Below the pieces are notes generated by a model. The model saw only the letters and a program-made list of their open reading frames with translations, was not told where the DNA came from and ran no database searches. Both the position numbers and the translations under genes were made by a program. Of a stretch of 64,000 nt of DNA, positions 1 through 10,168 are shown one piece after another. Every line of letters begins with the position of its first letter. The stretch's first letter is position 1. The stretch lies in the NCBI GenBank assembly GCA_964291285.2, contig OZ219787.1, forward strand, positions 1,920,001 to 1,984,000, in the 5' to 3' direction. The stretch is from Alphaproteobacteria bacterium (GTDB lineage: Bacteria; Pseudomonadota; Alphaproteobacteria; Bin95).

Positions 1-147
1 ACCGCGCCTTCGCCGAACGCCACCGCGCCGTCCGGGGCGGCGGACAAGGGCCATGCGGCTGCGCCAGCCCGCAGGCGGAAGGGGAGAGGCATGAATGGAG
101 CGTTATGCCCGGACAGGCTGCAGGGCATGTCCTCTGCGCATGCAGAT

Positions 148-217
148 CATGACATCTCATGACACATTGCAGGGGGTTCCGCCGGGCCCGCATGACAAAA
201 CATGACATCGCATGACA
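148..217 (+). repeat. 10-bp-phased CATGACA heptamer arrays (148,158 and 191,201,211)
   Basis: Five exact CATGACA copies in two arrays with exact 10-bp period; a related inverted copy lies at 13128-13171. Confidence 0.85.
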
Positions 218-268
218 TGTCCGACGAGTGTTCCCGTCCCGGCGGCAGGCGCCAGGACGGACTGCGGG

Positions 269-1138
269 CTAACCGGCGAAGCGCGGCTCGGGAAGTCCGG
301 TAATGCCGAGGCCGTGAATGGCGAACAGGGCGCCGTCGATCTCCCTGTCGCCGCGCACATTGCCGGAATCGCGGATCGACGGCACGAAGACGATGTCGAG
401 GTCCGGGCCGCCGAACATGACGCTTGCAGGGCGGGTGCAGGGCATGTCGATCAGCCGGTCGAGGCTGCCGTTGGGCGCGAAGCGCGCGATCCGGCCTGCA
501 TGGACCAGCGCGCTCCAGAGATAGCCCTCGCTGTCCACCGTGCCGCCGTCCGGGCCGCTGTCATGCGGCGCGGTGTCCACGGCGACGCGCTCCGGCCCGA
601 TAGCGCCGGTCGCGGTATCGTAGTCATAGGCGAAGATCGCGTCCCGGCGCGTGTCGGCGAAATAGAAGGTCTCGCCGTCCGGGCTGAAGCAGGGGCCGTT
701 CGCCACGATGACGCCGCCCTTCAGCCGGTGCAGCGAGAGGTCGGTGTCGAGGCGGTAGATCGAGCCGCGCGCCTCCTCGCCGATCCGGGTCGCCATGGTG
801 CCGGTCAGGAAGCGGCCCTGCCGGTCCACCTTGCCGTCATTGAAGCGGGTGGAGGGATCGTCCGCCTCCGGGTCGGCGACCAGCGTCGCTTCCCCCGTCT
901 CGAAGTCGAATGTGTGGACGCCCGTCTGGAGCGCGATGACCGCCCCGCCGGACTCGCGGAGCGCCATCGACCCGATCATCGCCGGCACGTCCCAGTCCCG
1001 GCGTTCGCCGCTCGCCCAGTCGAGCCGGTGGATCGTGCATCCCCGGCTGTCCACCCAGTAGAGCGCCTGCTCGACCACGTCCCAGAGCGGCCCCTCGCCG
1101 AGCATGTCGATGGTGTCGCCGACCCGTTCGATCCTCAT
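269..1138 (-). CDS. SMP-30/gluconolactonase/LRE family protein
   Basis: LGEGPLWD, RFNDGKVD, NGPCFSPDG and PDGGTVDSEG motifs. Confidence 0.92.
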   Translation of the reverse strand: MRIERVGDTIDMLGEGPLWDVVEQALYWVDSRGCTIHRLDWASGERRDWDVPAMIGSMALRESGGAVIALQTGVHTFDFETGEATLVADPEADDPSTRFNDGKVDRQGRFLTGTMATRIGEEARGSIYRLDTDLSLHRLKGGVIVANGPCFSPDGETFYFADTRRDAIFAYDYDTATGAIGPERVAVDTAPHDSGPDGGTVDSEGYLWSALVHAGRIARFAPNGSLDRLIDMPCTRPASVMFGGPDLDIVFVPSIRDSGNVRGDREIDGALFAIHGLGITGLPEPRFAG

Positions 1139-1147
1139 GACGCGGCC

Positions 1148-1897
1148 TTACAGACGGTATTCGGGTTCTTCGCGGTCGAGGATGCGCTTCAGCGCCGCGA
1201 AATGGCGCTCCGCCAGCTTCGGCCGCTCCTCGGCGAATTGCTGACGGACGGATTGGCGCACCTCGTCCGAAATCACCCGCAGCCTGCCGCCGGCCGCCCT
1301 TGCGATCATCTGGAACTGGGCGGCGCGCTCCAGGTAGAAGAGGTCGGTGAATGCGTCGCCCACGGTCTCGCCCGAAACGATCACGCCATGGCTTGCCAGG
1401 AAGGCGATCGACCGGTTGCCCATGGCGCGGGCCAGCCGGTCGCCTTCTTCGTTGGCGAGCGCAAGACCGTCATAGTCGTCGTCATAAGCGATGCGGTCGT
1501 CGAACATCAGCGCGTTCTGCTCGCACATCTCCAGCCGCCCGCCCTGCAGCAGCGTGATAGCCGTGGAGTAAGGCTGGTGGGTGTGCAGCACGACCTTGGC
1601 CGAGGGCACGTTCACATGGATGCGGCTGTGGATGTAGAAGGCCGTGTTCTCGACCTTTTCGCCGCCCTCCAGCACCTCGCCCTCCTCGTTGCAGAGGCAG
1701 AGCGCGGAGGCGGTCATTTCCGACCAGTGGACCCCGTAGGGGTTGATGAGGAAGCGGTCGCCCCGCATTTCGCCGTCCTCGCTCGGCACGGCCGCGGAGA
1801 AGTGGTTGTCGACGCCTTCATGCAGGTTCAGCCTGACGGCCCAGCGCAGCGCGCAGGCGAGGTCTTCCCGCATTTCGGCATGGGCAAGTTGCGTCAT
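1148..1897 (-). CDS. Class II aldolase/adducin family protein
   Basis: NHFS, IHSRIH, VLHTH and LASHG Zn-binding motifs. Confidence 0.9.
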   Translation of the reverse strand: MTQLAHAEMREDLACALRWAVRLNLHEGVDNHFSAAVPSEDGEMRGDRFLINPYGVHWSEMTASALCLCNEEGEVLEGGEKVENTAFYIHSRIHVNVPSAKVVLHTHQPYSTAITLLQGGRLEMCEQNALMFDDRIAYDDDYDGLALANEEGDRLARAMGNRSIAFLASHGVIVSGETVGDAFTDLFYLERAAQFQMIARAAGGRLRVISDEVRQSVRQQFAEERPKLAERHFAALKRILDREEPEYRL

Positions 1898-3282
1898 AGC
1901 CTTATCACCTTGCCGGGGTTCATCCTGTTTTCCGGGTCGATCGCGCTCTTGAGGGCGCGCATCACGTCCACGGCCTCGCCTCGCTCGGCTTCGACGGAGT
2001 CGATCTTGCCCTGGCCGACGCCGTGCTCGCCGGTGCAGGTGCCGCCCATGGCCAGCGCCCGGGCGACCAGGCGCTTGTTGAAGGCCTGCGCGGTCGCCAT
2101 TTCTTCCGGGTCGTCCGGGTCGAGGACAATGCCGCAGTGGAAATTGCCGTCGCCGACATGGCCGACGATGGGCGCGATCAGGCCCGTTTCGTCCACGTCG
2201 CGCCGGGTCTCAATCAGGCACTCGGCAAGCCGGGAGATCGGCACGCAGACATCCGTGGACCAGGCGCGGCAGCCGGGCCTCAGCGCCATGCAGGCGTAAT
2301 AGACATCATGGCGAGCCTGCCAGAGCTTGTTGCGCTCCTCCTGGTTTCGCGTCCAGCGGAAGGCGCTGCCGCCGAGCTCTCCGGCGATGGCTTCGACCGT
2401 CTCCGCCTGCTCCGCGGTGCCGGCCGGGGAACCGTGAAACTCGAAGAACAAGGTCGGCCTGACCTCGAAATCCTCAAGGTCCGAATAGCGGATGCAGGCG
2501 TCCATCTGCGTGTCGTCGAGCAGTTCGATGCGCGCGACCGGAACGCCGGACTGCATGGTGAGGGTCACGGTATCGACCGCAGCTTCCAGGTCCGGAAACT
2601 GGCAGACCGCGGATGCAATGCTCTCCGGGATGCCGTAGAGCCTGAGCCGCACTTCGGTAATGGTGCAGAGCGTGCCTTCGGACCCGATGAACAGGCGCGT
2701 GAGGTCGTAGCCGGCGGAGGACTTGCGCGCCCGGCCGCCGGTTTCGACGATCTCGCCGTCGGGCATGACGACCGTCAGCCCGAGGATGTTTTCGCTCATC
2801 GTGCCGTAACGCACGGCATTGGTGCCGGAAGCCCCGGTCGCCGCCATCCCGCCGAGCGAGGCATCGGCGCCGGGGTCGATGGGGAAGAACAGGCCGGTAT
2901 CGCGCAGATACTCGTTCAACTGCTTGCGCGTGACGCCCGCCTGCACGCGGCAGTCGCTGTCCTCGCCATTGACCTCGAGCACTTCGTTCATGCGGCTGAG
3001 GTCTATGGAGAGGCCGCCCTGCACCGCGCTGACATGCCCTTCGAGGGATGTGCCGGTTCCGAAGGGGATGACCGGCAGGCCGAACTCGGCGCAGATGCGG
3101 TGCGCGGCGCTGACCTCTTCCGTCGTCAGCGCGAAGGCGACCGCATCGGGCGGCGCCATCGGGAAATAGTCTTCGCCCCGGCCATGTTGCTCGCGGACGG
3201 CATCGGACGTGGACAGCCGGTCGCCGAACACGTCGCGCAGCGCGGCGATCGCCGCATTGTGGCCGATGGGAGGGGCGCTCAT
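1894..3282 (-). CDS. FAD-linked oxidase, D-lactate dehydrogenase (cytochrome) type
   Basis: PFGTGTSLEGH, FPIDPGADASLGGM, GHVGDGNFH, GEHGVG and NPGK motifs. Confidence 0.92.
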   Translation of the reverse strand: MSAPPIGHNAAIAALRDVFGDRLSTSDAVREQHGRGEDYFPMAPPDAVAFALTTEEVSAAHRICAEFGLPVIPFGTGTSLEGHVSAVQGGLSIDLSRMNEVLEVNGEDSDCRVQAGVTRKQLNEYLRDTGLFFPIDPGADASLGGMAATGASGTNAVRYGTMSENILGLTVVMPDGEIVETGGRARKSSAGYDLTRLFIGSEGTLCTITEVRLRLYGIPESIASAVCQFPDLEAAVDTVTLTMQSGVPVARIELLDDTQMDACIRYSDLEDFEVRPTLFFEFHGSPAGTAEQAETVEAIAGELGGSAFRWTRNQEERNKLWQARHDVYYACMALRPGCRAWSTDVCVPISRLAECLIETRRDVDETGLIAPIVGHVGDGNFHCGIVLDPDDPEEMATAQAFNKRLVARALAMGGTCTGEHGVGQGKIDSVEAERGEAVDVMRALKSAIDPENRMNPGKVIRL

Positions 3283-3374
3283 GGGAAATGCTTTCTAGAC
3301 CAGGAGAGATGATGAAAGAAGGCGGCAAGCGCCATGCTTTGCGCGATTTTGCGGCATTTCGTTGCCGGGCGCCG

Positions 3375-3581
3375 TTATCCGTCCTCGTCGAACGGGAGGT
3401 CCTCTGCCGGGGCTTCTCCGAGGCCGCCGCCCGTCTGGATGACATAGCCTTCGGTCAGCCAGCGGCCGAGGTCGCGGTGGCGGCAACCGGGCGAGCAGAA
3501 CGGGCGCACCGCCTCCACGGCAGGCCGGCCGCAGATCGGGCAGGAACCGAAGGGGCGGAGTTTCACGGGGTCGTCGGCCAT
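3375..3581 (-). CDS. yacG: DNA gyrase inhibitor YacG
   Basis: CPICG..RPFCSxxC..DLGRWL; start reassigned to ATG 3581 with GAGG upstream. Confidence 0.88.
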   Translation of the reverse strand: MADDPVKLRPFGSCPICGRPAVEAVRPFCSPGCRHRDLGRWLTEGYVIQTGGGLGEAPAEDLPFDEDG

Positions 3582-3583
3582 GG

Positions 3584-4669
3584 CTACCTCCGGCAGAGCG
3601 CCCATTGTTCGGCAAGCGGAACGCCGAGACGCTGGCGGGTCATTTCTATCACCCCGAGCGACGAGAACGGCAATTGCCGCCGCGCCGCCGGATCGCCGGC
3701 GAAGCCGTCGGCCAGGCGGCGTTCGACCCGGCGCCGTTCCGCTGCCCGGTCGAGATCGACGAAATCGATCAGGATGAGCCCGCCAAGACCCCGCAACCGG
3801 ACCTCCCGCGCGATTGCCCCGGCGGCCTCCAGATTGAGCGCCAGCGCGCCCTTCCGCCCGCCGCCGTCCACATCGATCACGACGCCCGCGCGCGTTTCTT
3901 CCAGGGATATGCTGCCGCCGCCGTCGAGCGGCACGACGGGTTCCAACGCCCGTTCGATGGCGTCCTCTAGTCCGAAGGCCTGCCAGCCCGGCTCTTCCAG
4001 CAGTTCGATTCGGGCATCGGGCGGCCCGGCGCGTTCTGCATACCGGTGCAACGACCGGTCCACCATCAAGGTGCCGCCGGCGGCGAGCCGGTCACGCAGA
4101 AAGGCTGCAAGCGGGTCGGGCTCCCGCCACAGGAAGGCCGGGGCCTCGTCCCGGGCCGCGTCGATGCGCTGCCAGCGGGACCGCAGCACCTCCAGCTCCC
4201 GGGCGATGGCGGCGTCGCCGGCAGCGGTTGCAGCCGCGCGCACCACCGCGCCTTCTCCGGGCTGAAGGAGGCGGCGTGCCAAACCTTGCAGCCGCGTTCG
4301 CGTCCCGTCGTCCGGCAGGCGTCTCGACGCGGAGATATCCGGCCTCAGGGGCGTATAGACCAGATACCGGCCGGGAAGGCGCGGGGCCGCGCCGAGCGCC
4401 GGGCCCTTGCCCCCGGTTGCGGGCCGGGTCGCCTGCACCAGAACCGCGGCTCCTTCATGTGGCGGCTTGCCGGAGGCCAGCAACCCCGTCACATCTTCGC
4501 CCAGATCCACGAAGGCGCCCAGTCCCGGCTCCACGCGGAGCACCCGGCCGCGCCAGAGGGCGCCCATCTCGTCAACAGGCCGTTCGAGCCGTATTTCCGA
4601 TGGGCCGCCAGCTGCCAGCAGCGCCGCCGTCCGCCCCCAGGGCGTTTGCGTCAGCAGGGCCCGGTTCAC
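3584..4669 (-). CDS. Ribonuclease E/G family protein (short RNase G-like)
   Basis: AFVDLG S1-like segment, IDVD, N-EAA..IAREVRLRGLGGLILIDF, LGVIEMTRQR; GTG start overlaps the maf stop (GTGA). Confidence 0.85.
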   Translation of the reverse strand: MNRALLTQTPWGRTAALLAAGGPSEIRLERPVDEMGALWRGRVLRVEPGLGAFVDLGEDVTGLLASGKPPHEGAAVLVQATRPATGGKGPALGAAPRLPGRYLVYTPLRPDISASRRLPDDGTRTRLQGLARRLLQPGEGAVVRAAATAAGDAAIARELEVLRSRWQRIDAARDEAPAFLWREPDPLAAFLRDRLAAGGTLMVDRSLHRYAERAGPPDARIELLEEPGWQAFGLEDAIERALEPVVPLDGGGSISLEETRAGVVIDVDGGGRKGALALNLEAAGAIAREVRLRGLGGLILIDFVDLDRAAERRRVERRLADGFAGDPAARRQLPFSSLGVIEMTRQRLGVPLAEQWALCRR

Positions 4670-5241
4670 GGCACGGGATAGCCGAGGCCGGCGAGCAGCG
4701 ACCGCGCCTCGTAAAGGGCAAGGCCGACGACATTGGGATAAGAGCCCGTGATCGTCCTGACGAAGGCGCCGGCCCGCCCCTGGATACCGTAAGCGCCGGC
4801 CTTGTCCCGCCATTCGCCGCAAGCGAGATAGCTTTCGATCTCGCGCGTCTCCAGCCTCTTGAATGCCACATGGGTCAGGACCGTCCGGCTTGCCCGCCGC
4901 CCGTCGGGCGCCCGGACCGAAATGCCGCCCCAGACGCGGTGCCTGCGGCCCGACAGCAGCGCCAGGAAACGGCGCGCCTCCTCGACATCCTGCGCCTTGC
5001 CGAGCACCCGGCGCCCGCATGCCACAACCGTGTCCGCGGCAAGCACATGGTTCCCGGGAAAGCGTTTCGCCGCTGCCGCGCACTTCTCCCCGGCAAGCCG
5101 GACGGCGAGATTCCGCGGCAACTCCCCGGTTCGCGGCGTTTCGTCAATTTCCATCGGAGCGATGCGATCGGGTTCGATGCCGATGCGGCGGAGCAATTCG
5201 AGCCGGCGGGGCGAAGCGGAGGCAAGCACGAGCGAAGCCAT
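4666..5241 (-). CDS. maf: Maf nucleoside triphosphate pyrophosphatase
   Basis: LVLASASPRR, ADTVV, DKAGAYGIQG and NVVGL motifs. Confidence 0.95.
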   Translation of the reverse strand: MASLVLASASPRRLELLRRIGIEPDRIAPMEIDETPRTGELPRNLAVRLAGEKCAAAAKRFPGNHVLAADTVVACGRRVLGKAQDVEEARRFLALLSGRRHRVWGGISVRAPDGRRASRTVLTHVAFKRLETREIESYLACGEWRDKAGAYGIQGRAGAFVRTITGSYPNVVGLALYEARSLLAGLGYPVP

Positions 5242-5251
5242 GGAGAGCGTG

Positions 5252-5692
5252 TTAGCCCAGGCGGGGCATGTTGGGGAAGCGTTCGCGTATGCGGGCCTCC
5301 AGATCGCTGCGCACCGAACGGAATGCCGCGAGCCGCTGTTCCCGCGATCCTTCGTTCAGGGTCGGATCCGGCACATCCCAGTACTCCACCGTCGCGGTTG
5401 ACCCTGCAGCGAACGACTTCGCCGCCCGGAAGGCGTCTTCCGACAGCGCGACGACGAGTTCGAAAGAGCAATCCGAAAGCTCATCGAATGTCCGCGCCCG
5501 GTGGCTGCGAATGTCGAGGCCGATCTCGTCCATGACCGCAACCGCGAACGGATTGACGAGGCCGGGCTCCACGCCGGCCGAGTCGATGGAGGTTCCCGGG
5601 CTCAGCCGGCGTCCGGCCAGCGCCTCCGCCATGGGCGAACGCACCGCGTTCCGGGTGCAGGCAAAGAGCAGGCTGCGGGGCGCGCGGCTCAT
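5252..5692 (-). CDS. Low-molecular-weight phosphatase / ArsC-like protein
   Basis: P-loop CTRNAVRSPMAE, SAG and WDVPDP; conserved operon position. Confidence 0.9.
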   Translation of the reverse strand: MSRAPRSLLFACTRNAVRSPMAEALAGRRLSPGTSIDSAGVEPGLVNPFAVAVMDEIGLDIRSHRARTFDELSDCSFELVVALSEDAFRAAKSFAAGSTATVEYWDVPDPTLNEGSREQRLAAFRSVRSDLEARIRERFPNMPRLG

Positions 5693-6186
5693 TCGGACCG
5701 GCCCCGGAAATGCAGGACGCAAAGCAGGGTGAACAGGCGGCGGGCCGTATCGTGGTCGAGTTCGACATGAGCCGACACGGCCTGTTGCAGCTTGTCTGCG
5801 CCTTCGTCGTGAAGGGCGCGCCGGCCCATATCGATGGCTTCGATCTGGGAAGGCGACAGGCGTTTGATCGCCTCGTAATAGCTGTCGCAGATGGTGAAAT
5901 AATCCTTCACGACCCGCCGGAAGCCTCCGAGCGAAACGCTTATGTCGATCGGAGGCGAGCCGTCCGGAGCTGTTACCCGCAATGCCAGCCTCCGCTCGAT
6001 AACGGCCAGATGCAGCGCATAGGGCCCTGCGGGGCCTTCGAGAAGACGGAACCGGTTCCTCTCCACCAGATCGAAGATCGCAACGGCGCGTTCCTGCTCG
6101 ATCTCCGGCGTGCGCCGCAGGACAAGCCGTTCGTCGAGGCTGACCGAGGCAATCTGGAATCGGCTCTCGCCGGCCTTGTCAGCCAT
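5689..6186 (-). CDS. UPF0262 family protein
   Basis: EQERAVAIFDL, KDYF.IC.SYYEAI, IEAIDMGRR and TARRLFTL motifs. Confidence 0.9.
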   Translation of the reverse strand: MADKAGESRFQIASVSLDERLVLRRTPEIEQERAVAIFDLVERNRFRLLEGPAGPYALHLAVIERRLALRVTAPDGSPPIDISVSLGGFRRVVKDYFTICDSYYEAIKRLSPSQIEAIDMGRRALHDEGADKLQQAVSAHVELDHDTARRLFTLLCVLHFRGRSE

Positions 6187-7462
6187 CGAGCCGAAGCGCA
6201 ACCGACAAGCCGTGAGCATCCAGCCCTTCGGCGGCGGCGAGCGCGGTGGCGGCCGGGCCCAAGGCAGCCAGCGAGTCCGCGCCGCAACCCAGCAGAGTTG
6301 TGCGTTTCATGAAGTCCATGACGCCGAGCCCGGATGCGAACCGGGCGGCGCGCGAAGTCGGCAGCACATGGTTCGGCCCGCCGACATAATCGCCAACGGC
6401 CTCGGGAGTGAGAGCGCCGAGAAATACGGCGCCGGCGTGGCGCACGCGCTGGGCCAGCGGTTCCGGATCGGCGACCGCCAGTTGAAGATGCTCGGGCGCG
6501 ATGGCGTCGATCAGCGCAGGCGCTTCTTCCAGGTCCCGGACGACGATGCTGGCTCCGTGACGCTCCCAGCTCGCGCGCGCCGTCGCGGCGCGCGGCAGGG
6601 TTTCGAGATGGCTGCCGATTTCCGCTTCGACGGCGTCCGCGTCGTCGCGCGACAGCGCGATGAGAATGCTCTGCGCCGCCTCATCGTGCTCCGCCTGCGC
6701 CAGCAGGTCGGCTGCGATCCACGACGGCGGGCAGCAGCCGTCCCAGACGACGAGCACTTCCGACGGCCCCGCAATCGTGTCGATGCCGACATGTCCGAAA
6801 ACCTGCCGCTTGGCGGTCGCGACCCAGATGTTTCCAGGGCCGACAATCTTGTCCACCGGCGAGACGCTTTCTGTGCCGAACGCGAGCGCGCCTACGGCCT
6901 GCGCGCCGCCGATTCCGTAAACTTCTTCAATGCCCGCAAGCCGTGCAGCAGCGAACACCAGCGGGTCGAATGCGCCCGCTGGCGTCGGCACCGTCATCGT
7001 GAGCCGCCCGACGCCTGCCACCCGGGCAGGAATTGCATTCATGAGCACCGAACTCGGATAGGCGGCAGAACCTCCCGGTACATACAGGCCGACCGCTTCT
7101 ATCGGCGTCCAGCGCAGGCCAAGCCGCACGCCGAGCTCATCGCGATAATCGAGATCGGCCGGCATTTGCGCCCGATGGAACGTCTCGATCCGCGACGCCG
7201 CCAGTTCAAGCGCGTCCCGGGCCGGCGCCGGTGTTTCAGCAAGCGCCCGGTCCAGCGTTTCCACCGGAATACGCAGCGGTCCGGTCACGCCGTCGAAGCG
7301 TTCGGTATATTCCGCAACAGCCGCATCGCCGCGCGCCCGGACATCGGCGAGGATGGAAGCGACCGCGGCGTCGACATCTTCCGTTCCAGCCCGGTCCACC
7401 CGCATCAGCGCGTCGAAATCTCCGGCGAAATCCGGATCGGTCGTGTCAAGCCGCCTGGGCAA
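6179..7462 (-). CDS. hisD: Histidinol dehydrogenase
   Basis: [32 protein letters not shown] and APEHL motifs. Confidence 0.97.
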   Translation of the reverse strand: MPRRLDTTDPDFAGDFDALMRVDRAGTEDVDAAVASILADVRARGDAAVAEYTERFDGVTGPLRIPVETLDRALAETPAPARDALELAASRIETFHRAQMPADLDYRDELGVRLGLRWTPIEAVGLYVPGGSAAYPSSVLMNAIPARVAGVGRLTMTVPTPAGAFDPLVFAAARLAGIEEVYGIGGAQAVGALAFGTESVSPVDKIVGPGNIWVATAKRQVFGHVGIDTIAGPSEVLVVWDGCCPPSWIAADLLAQAEHDEAAQSILIALSRDDADAVEAEIGSHLETLPRAATARASWERHGASIVVRDLEEAPALIDAIAPEHLQLAVADPEPLAQRVRHAGAVFLGALTPEAVGDYVGGPNHVLPTSRAARFASGLGVMDFMKRTTLLGCGADSLAALGPAATALAAAEGLDAHGLSVALRLDG

Positions 7463-8108
7463 GGGAGACCTCCCGGAAGCGCCCGATCCAGCCCTGAAGC
7501 TCCGCCGTGCGCGTCTTGAGCAGGGTGCGGTTGACGATGAGGCAGGATGTGATGTCCGCGATATGCTCGACCTCGACCAGACCGTTGGCCTTCAGGGTCG
7601 CGCCAGAGGCGACGAGGTCCACAATGCGACGGCAGAGCCCGAGAGAAGGCGCGAGCTCCATCGCGCCGTTGAGCGTGATGCATTGCGCCTGCACTCCGCG
7701 CGCGGCGAAGTGCCGTTTCGTGACTTCGGGATATTTCGTCGCAATGCGAATCTGGCTCCAGCGCCGCGGATCGTCACGGGCGACCATGGCTGCTGGTTCC
7801 GCTACGGCCAGGCGGCAGTGGCCGATATCGAGGTCGAGCGGCGCATAGAGTTCGTCATAACCGAACTCCATAATCACGTCCCGGCCCGCGATGCCGAGCG
7901 CCGCGGCGCCGAATGCCACGAATGTGGCAACGTCGAAGGAACGGACCCGGATGATCGACACGCCCGGCAGGTTGGTCCGAAAGTGCAGCCGCCGGTCGTC
8001 CGGGTCGTCGAATCCGGGCTCCGGCTCGATACCGGCAGCCCGGACGAGGGGCATCGCCTCCGAGAGGATGCGCCCCTTAGGCAGCGCCAGGACCAGCGGA
8101 CCGGTCAT
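7446..8108 (-). CDS. hisG: ATP phosphoribosyltransferase (short form)
   Basis: [20 protein letters not shown] and [14 protein letters not shown] motifs. Confidence 0.96.
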   Translation of the reverse strand: MTGPLVLALPKGRILSEAMPLVRAAGIEPEPGFDDPDDRRLHFRTNLPGVSIIRVRSFDVATFVAFGAAALGIAGRDVIMEFGYDELYAPLDLDIGHCRLAVAEPAAMVARDDPRRWSQIRIATKYPEVTKRHFAARGVQAQCITLNGAMELAPSLGLCRRIVDLVASGATLKANGLVEVEHIADITSCLIVNRTLLKTRTAELQGWIGRFREVSLAQAA

Positions 8109-8539
8109 GCCGCGTCCCCGTTGGTCCCGTGTTCCGGCCGCCATACCGTCGGCCAGGGCTCGCCCAGATCTTCGAGGACGCAGTCGAGCGGCTCGCTGTC
8201 CACCCGCACTGTGGCGCCGCCCGCAAATGCCAGGTCCACCGCCGCGTCATCGGTCGGCGCCATGGTCAACAGGCTGAGCAGCCCGTCCGGTCGTCCGCGG
8301 TCCACATTGCTGGTATGCACAGCGCAGACATTCTGGAACGACAGCATGGCGTGCGTGCGCTCGAAGGGCGGCTTATCGCCGGCGCACTCCCATCGGAAGC
8401 GATTGAAGACAATGGCGAACCGGTTCTGGTCCCGCATCCAGGTCATATCCGAGAGGGGTGCAATCGCGTCCTGGATGCAGGCCGCAATCACCTGCAATTC
8501 CTCAACGGATGTCGCGCGCAATTTGAGCTGCCCGCTCAT
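8105..8539 (-). CDS. DUF2948 family protein
   Basis: LKLRA..EELQVI.A..QDA, NRFRWE and LEDLGEPW; usual murA-hisD neighbour. Confidence 0.88.
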   Translation of the reverse strand: MSGQLKLRATSVEELQVIAACIQDAIAPLSDMTWMRDQNRFAIVFNRFRWECAGDKPPFERTHAMLSFQNVCAVHTSNVDRGRPDGLLSLLTMAPTDDAAVDLAFAGGATVRVDSEPLDCVLEDLGEPWPTVWRPEHGTNGDAA

Positions 8540-9897
8540 TGGGCCGCCAGGTCGCTGCCCAAGGCAGGCACGACCTCGATATCCGCGCCGACGCTCGCCA
8601 GCCGTCCCGGAACATCCGCGTAGCCGCGCTCAATGAAGCGGGCTCCAAGAACCTCGCTTTCCCCTTCCGCAATCAGCGCGGCGAGCAGATAGGCGAAGCC
8701 GGCCCTGAGGTCCGGCACCTCAATCCGCCGGCCGACAAGCGGCGTCGCACCCTGCACGACGGCGCTGTGGGGAAAGTTGCGTTCCCGGAAACGACAGGGC
8801 TTGCCGCCGAGGCAGGCGGTGGAAAGCGTGATGTTGGCGCCCATGTCGTTCAGGGTGCCGGTGTAGCCGAAGCGGTTCTCATAGACCGTTTCGTGCAGGA
8901 CCGAGACGCCTTCTGCCTGGGTCAGCAGGGTTACCATCGGCTGTTGCCAGTCGGTCATGAAGCCCGGATGCACATCGGTCTCGATGTGGATCGGGCGCAA
9001 CGCATCGCGGGCGCGGAAGAAGGTTATCGCGTCGTCCATGATCTCGAAGCCGCCGCCAACCTTCCGCAGCACATTGAGGAAGGTGACTATGGTCCGCTGG
9101 TCGGCCCCGGAAATGCGGATGCGCCCGCCGGTCGCGACCGCCGCCATGGCGAAGGATGCGACCTCTATGCGATCCGCCATCGGTCGATGGGTCGCGCCGG
9201 AAAGCCGCTCCACGCCCTCGACAACAATTTTCCGGTCGGTTTCGATCTGGATGAGCGCGCCCATCTTCTGGAGGAAGAGGACCGTATCGACGATCTCCGG
9301 CTCGATGGCCGCGTTGTGGATCACCGTGGTGCCGTCCGCCAGGCAGGCCGCCTGAATGGCGTTTTCCGTCGCTCCGACGCTGGGGTAAGGCAGGCGGACG
9401 ACGGCGCCTTTCAGCCGGTCCGCCTTGGCGGTATAGCCGTCCCGATCCGCGTCGATACGCGCGCCCATCTGCTCCAGCAGCGCGATGTGGAAGTCTATGG
9501 GGCGCTCGCCGATATGGTCGCCGCCGACGACCGGAACGCGCGCCATGCCCGCCCGGTGCAGAAGCGGGGCGATCAGCAGCACGGGCAGGCGGTTGACGCC
9601 TGAATAGCGCTGCCCGACGGCGGTCGAGGCGATGTCGGCGGTTTGGATGTCCACTGCCCCGGAGTTGTCGCGGGATATGGTCGCGCCGATTTCCGCCAGC
9701 ATGCCGAGCGCGAGGTCGATCTCGGAAATGTCCGGCACGTCCAGCAGCCGGCAGGGCTCGGCGGTCAGGAGGGAGGCGACCAGCTGCTTGCTCACGGCAT
9801 TCTTGGCCGTCTGGGCGCGGATCGCCCCGTTCAACGGCCTGCCGCCGCGAATGCGATAGGCTCTGGCGCCGGTTTCGAGCACGAGTGGAGCCCTCAT
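8536..9897 (-). CDS. murA: UDP-N-acetylglucosamine 1-carboxyvinyltransferase, Asp-type active-site loop
   Basis: AKNA, GGDHIGERPIDFH, PSVGATEN, DRIE, PGFMTDWQ, ENRF, DLRAG and RGY motifs; start uncertain. Confidence 0.93.
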   Translation of the reverse strand: MRAPLVLETGARAYRIRGGRPLNGAIRAQTAKNAVSKQLVASLLTAEPCRLLDVPDISEIDLALGMLAEIGATISRDNSGAVDIQTADIASTAVGQRYSGVNRLPVLLIAPLLHRAGMARVPVVGGDHIGERPIDFHIALLEQMGARIDADRDGYTAKADRLKGAVVRLPYPSVGATENAIQAACLADGTTVIHNAAIEPEIVDTVLFLQKMGALIQIETDRKIVVEGVERLSGATHRPMADRIEVASFAMAAVATGGRIRISGADQRTIVTFLNVLRKVGGGFEIMDDAITFFRARDALRPIHIETDVHPGFMTDWQQPMVTLLTQAEGVSVLHETVYENRFGYTGTLNDMGANITLSTACLGGKPCRFRERNFPHSAVVQGATPLVGRRIEVPDLRAGFAYLLAALIAEGESEVLGARFIERGYADVPGRLASVGADIEVVPALGSDLAAQ

Positions 9898-9964
9898 CCT
9901 GGATCGCGCCGCACCGGCGATGGTTCTCCCGGCCGGCACGGCGTTTTGCGGCCCGCTTGTAGCT

Positions 9965-10120
9965 TTAGCAGTCCCGTTCGGCAATGTCGCCGGGCGCTTC
10001 GGCGTCCTCGTCGCCTTCGTCGCGTTGGCGCGCCTTGCGGCGGCGCAGGTTCTGCCGGAGCGCCTCCGCGAGACGTCGTTGCTTTCGTTCCTTCGTCTCC
10101 CGGTCTTCGGAGGCAGCCAT
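9965..10120 (-). CDS. Small conserved basic protein (51 aa)
   Basis: RLAEALRQNLRRRKA motif, recalled as typical of the small gene upstream of murA in alphaproteobacteria; GGAG before the ATG. Confidence 0.7.
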   Translation of the reverse strand: MAASEDRETKERKQRRLAEALRQNLRRRKARQRDEGDEDAEAPGDIAERDC

Positions 10121-10168
10121 CTCCGCTTGCCCTCCCGTCGTTCCCTGTGGCATAGACGCGCCCGGCGG

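Noticed and set aside
148-217. CATGACA arrays as CRISPR
   Set aside because: 7-bp repeats with 3-bp spacers and no cas genes in the window
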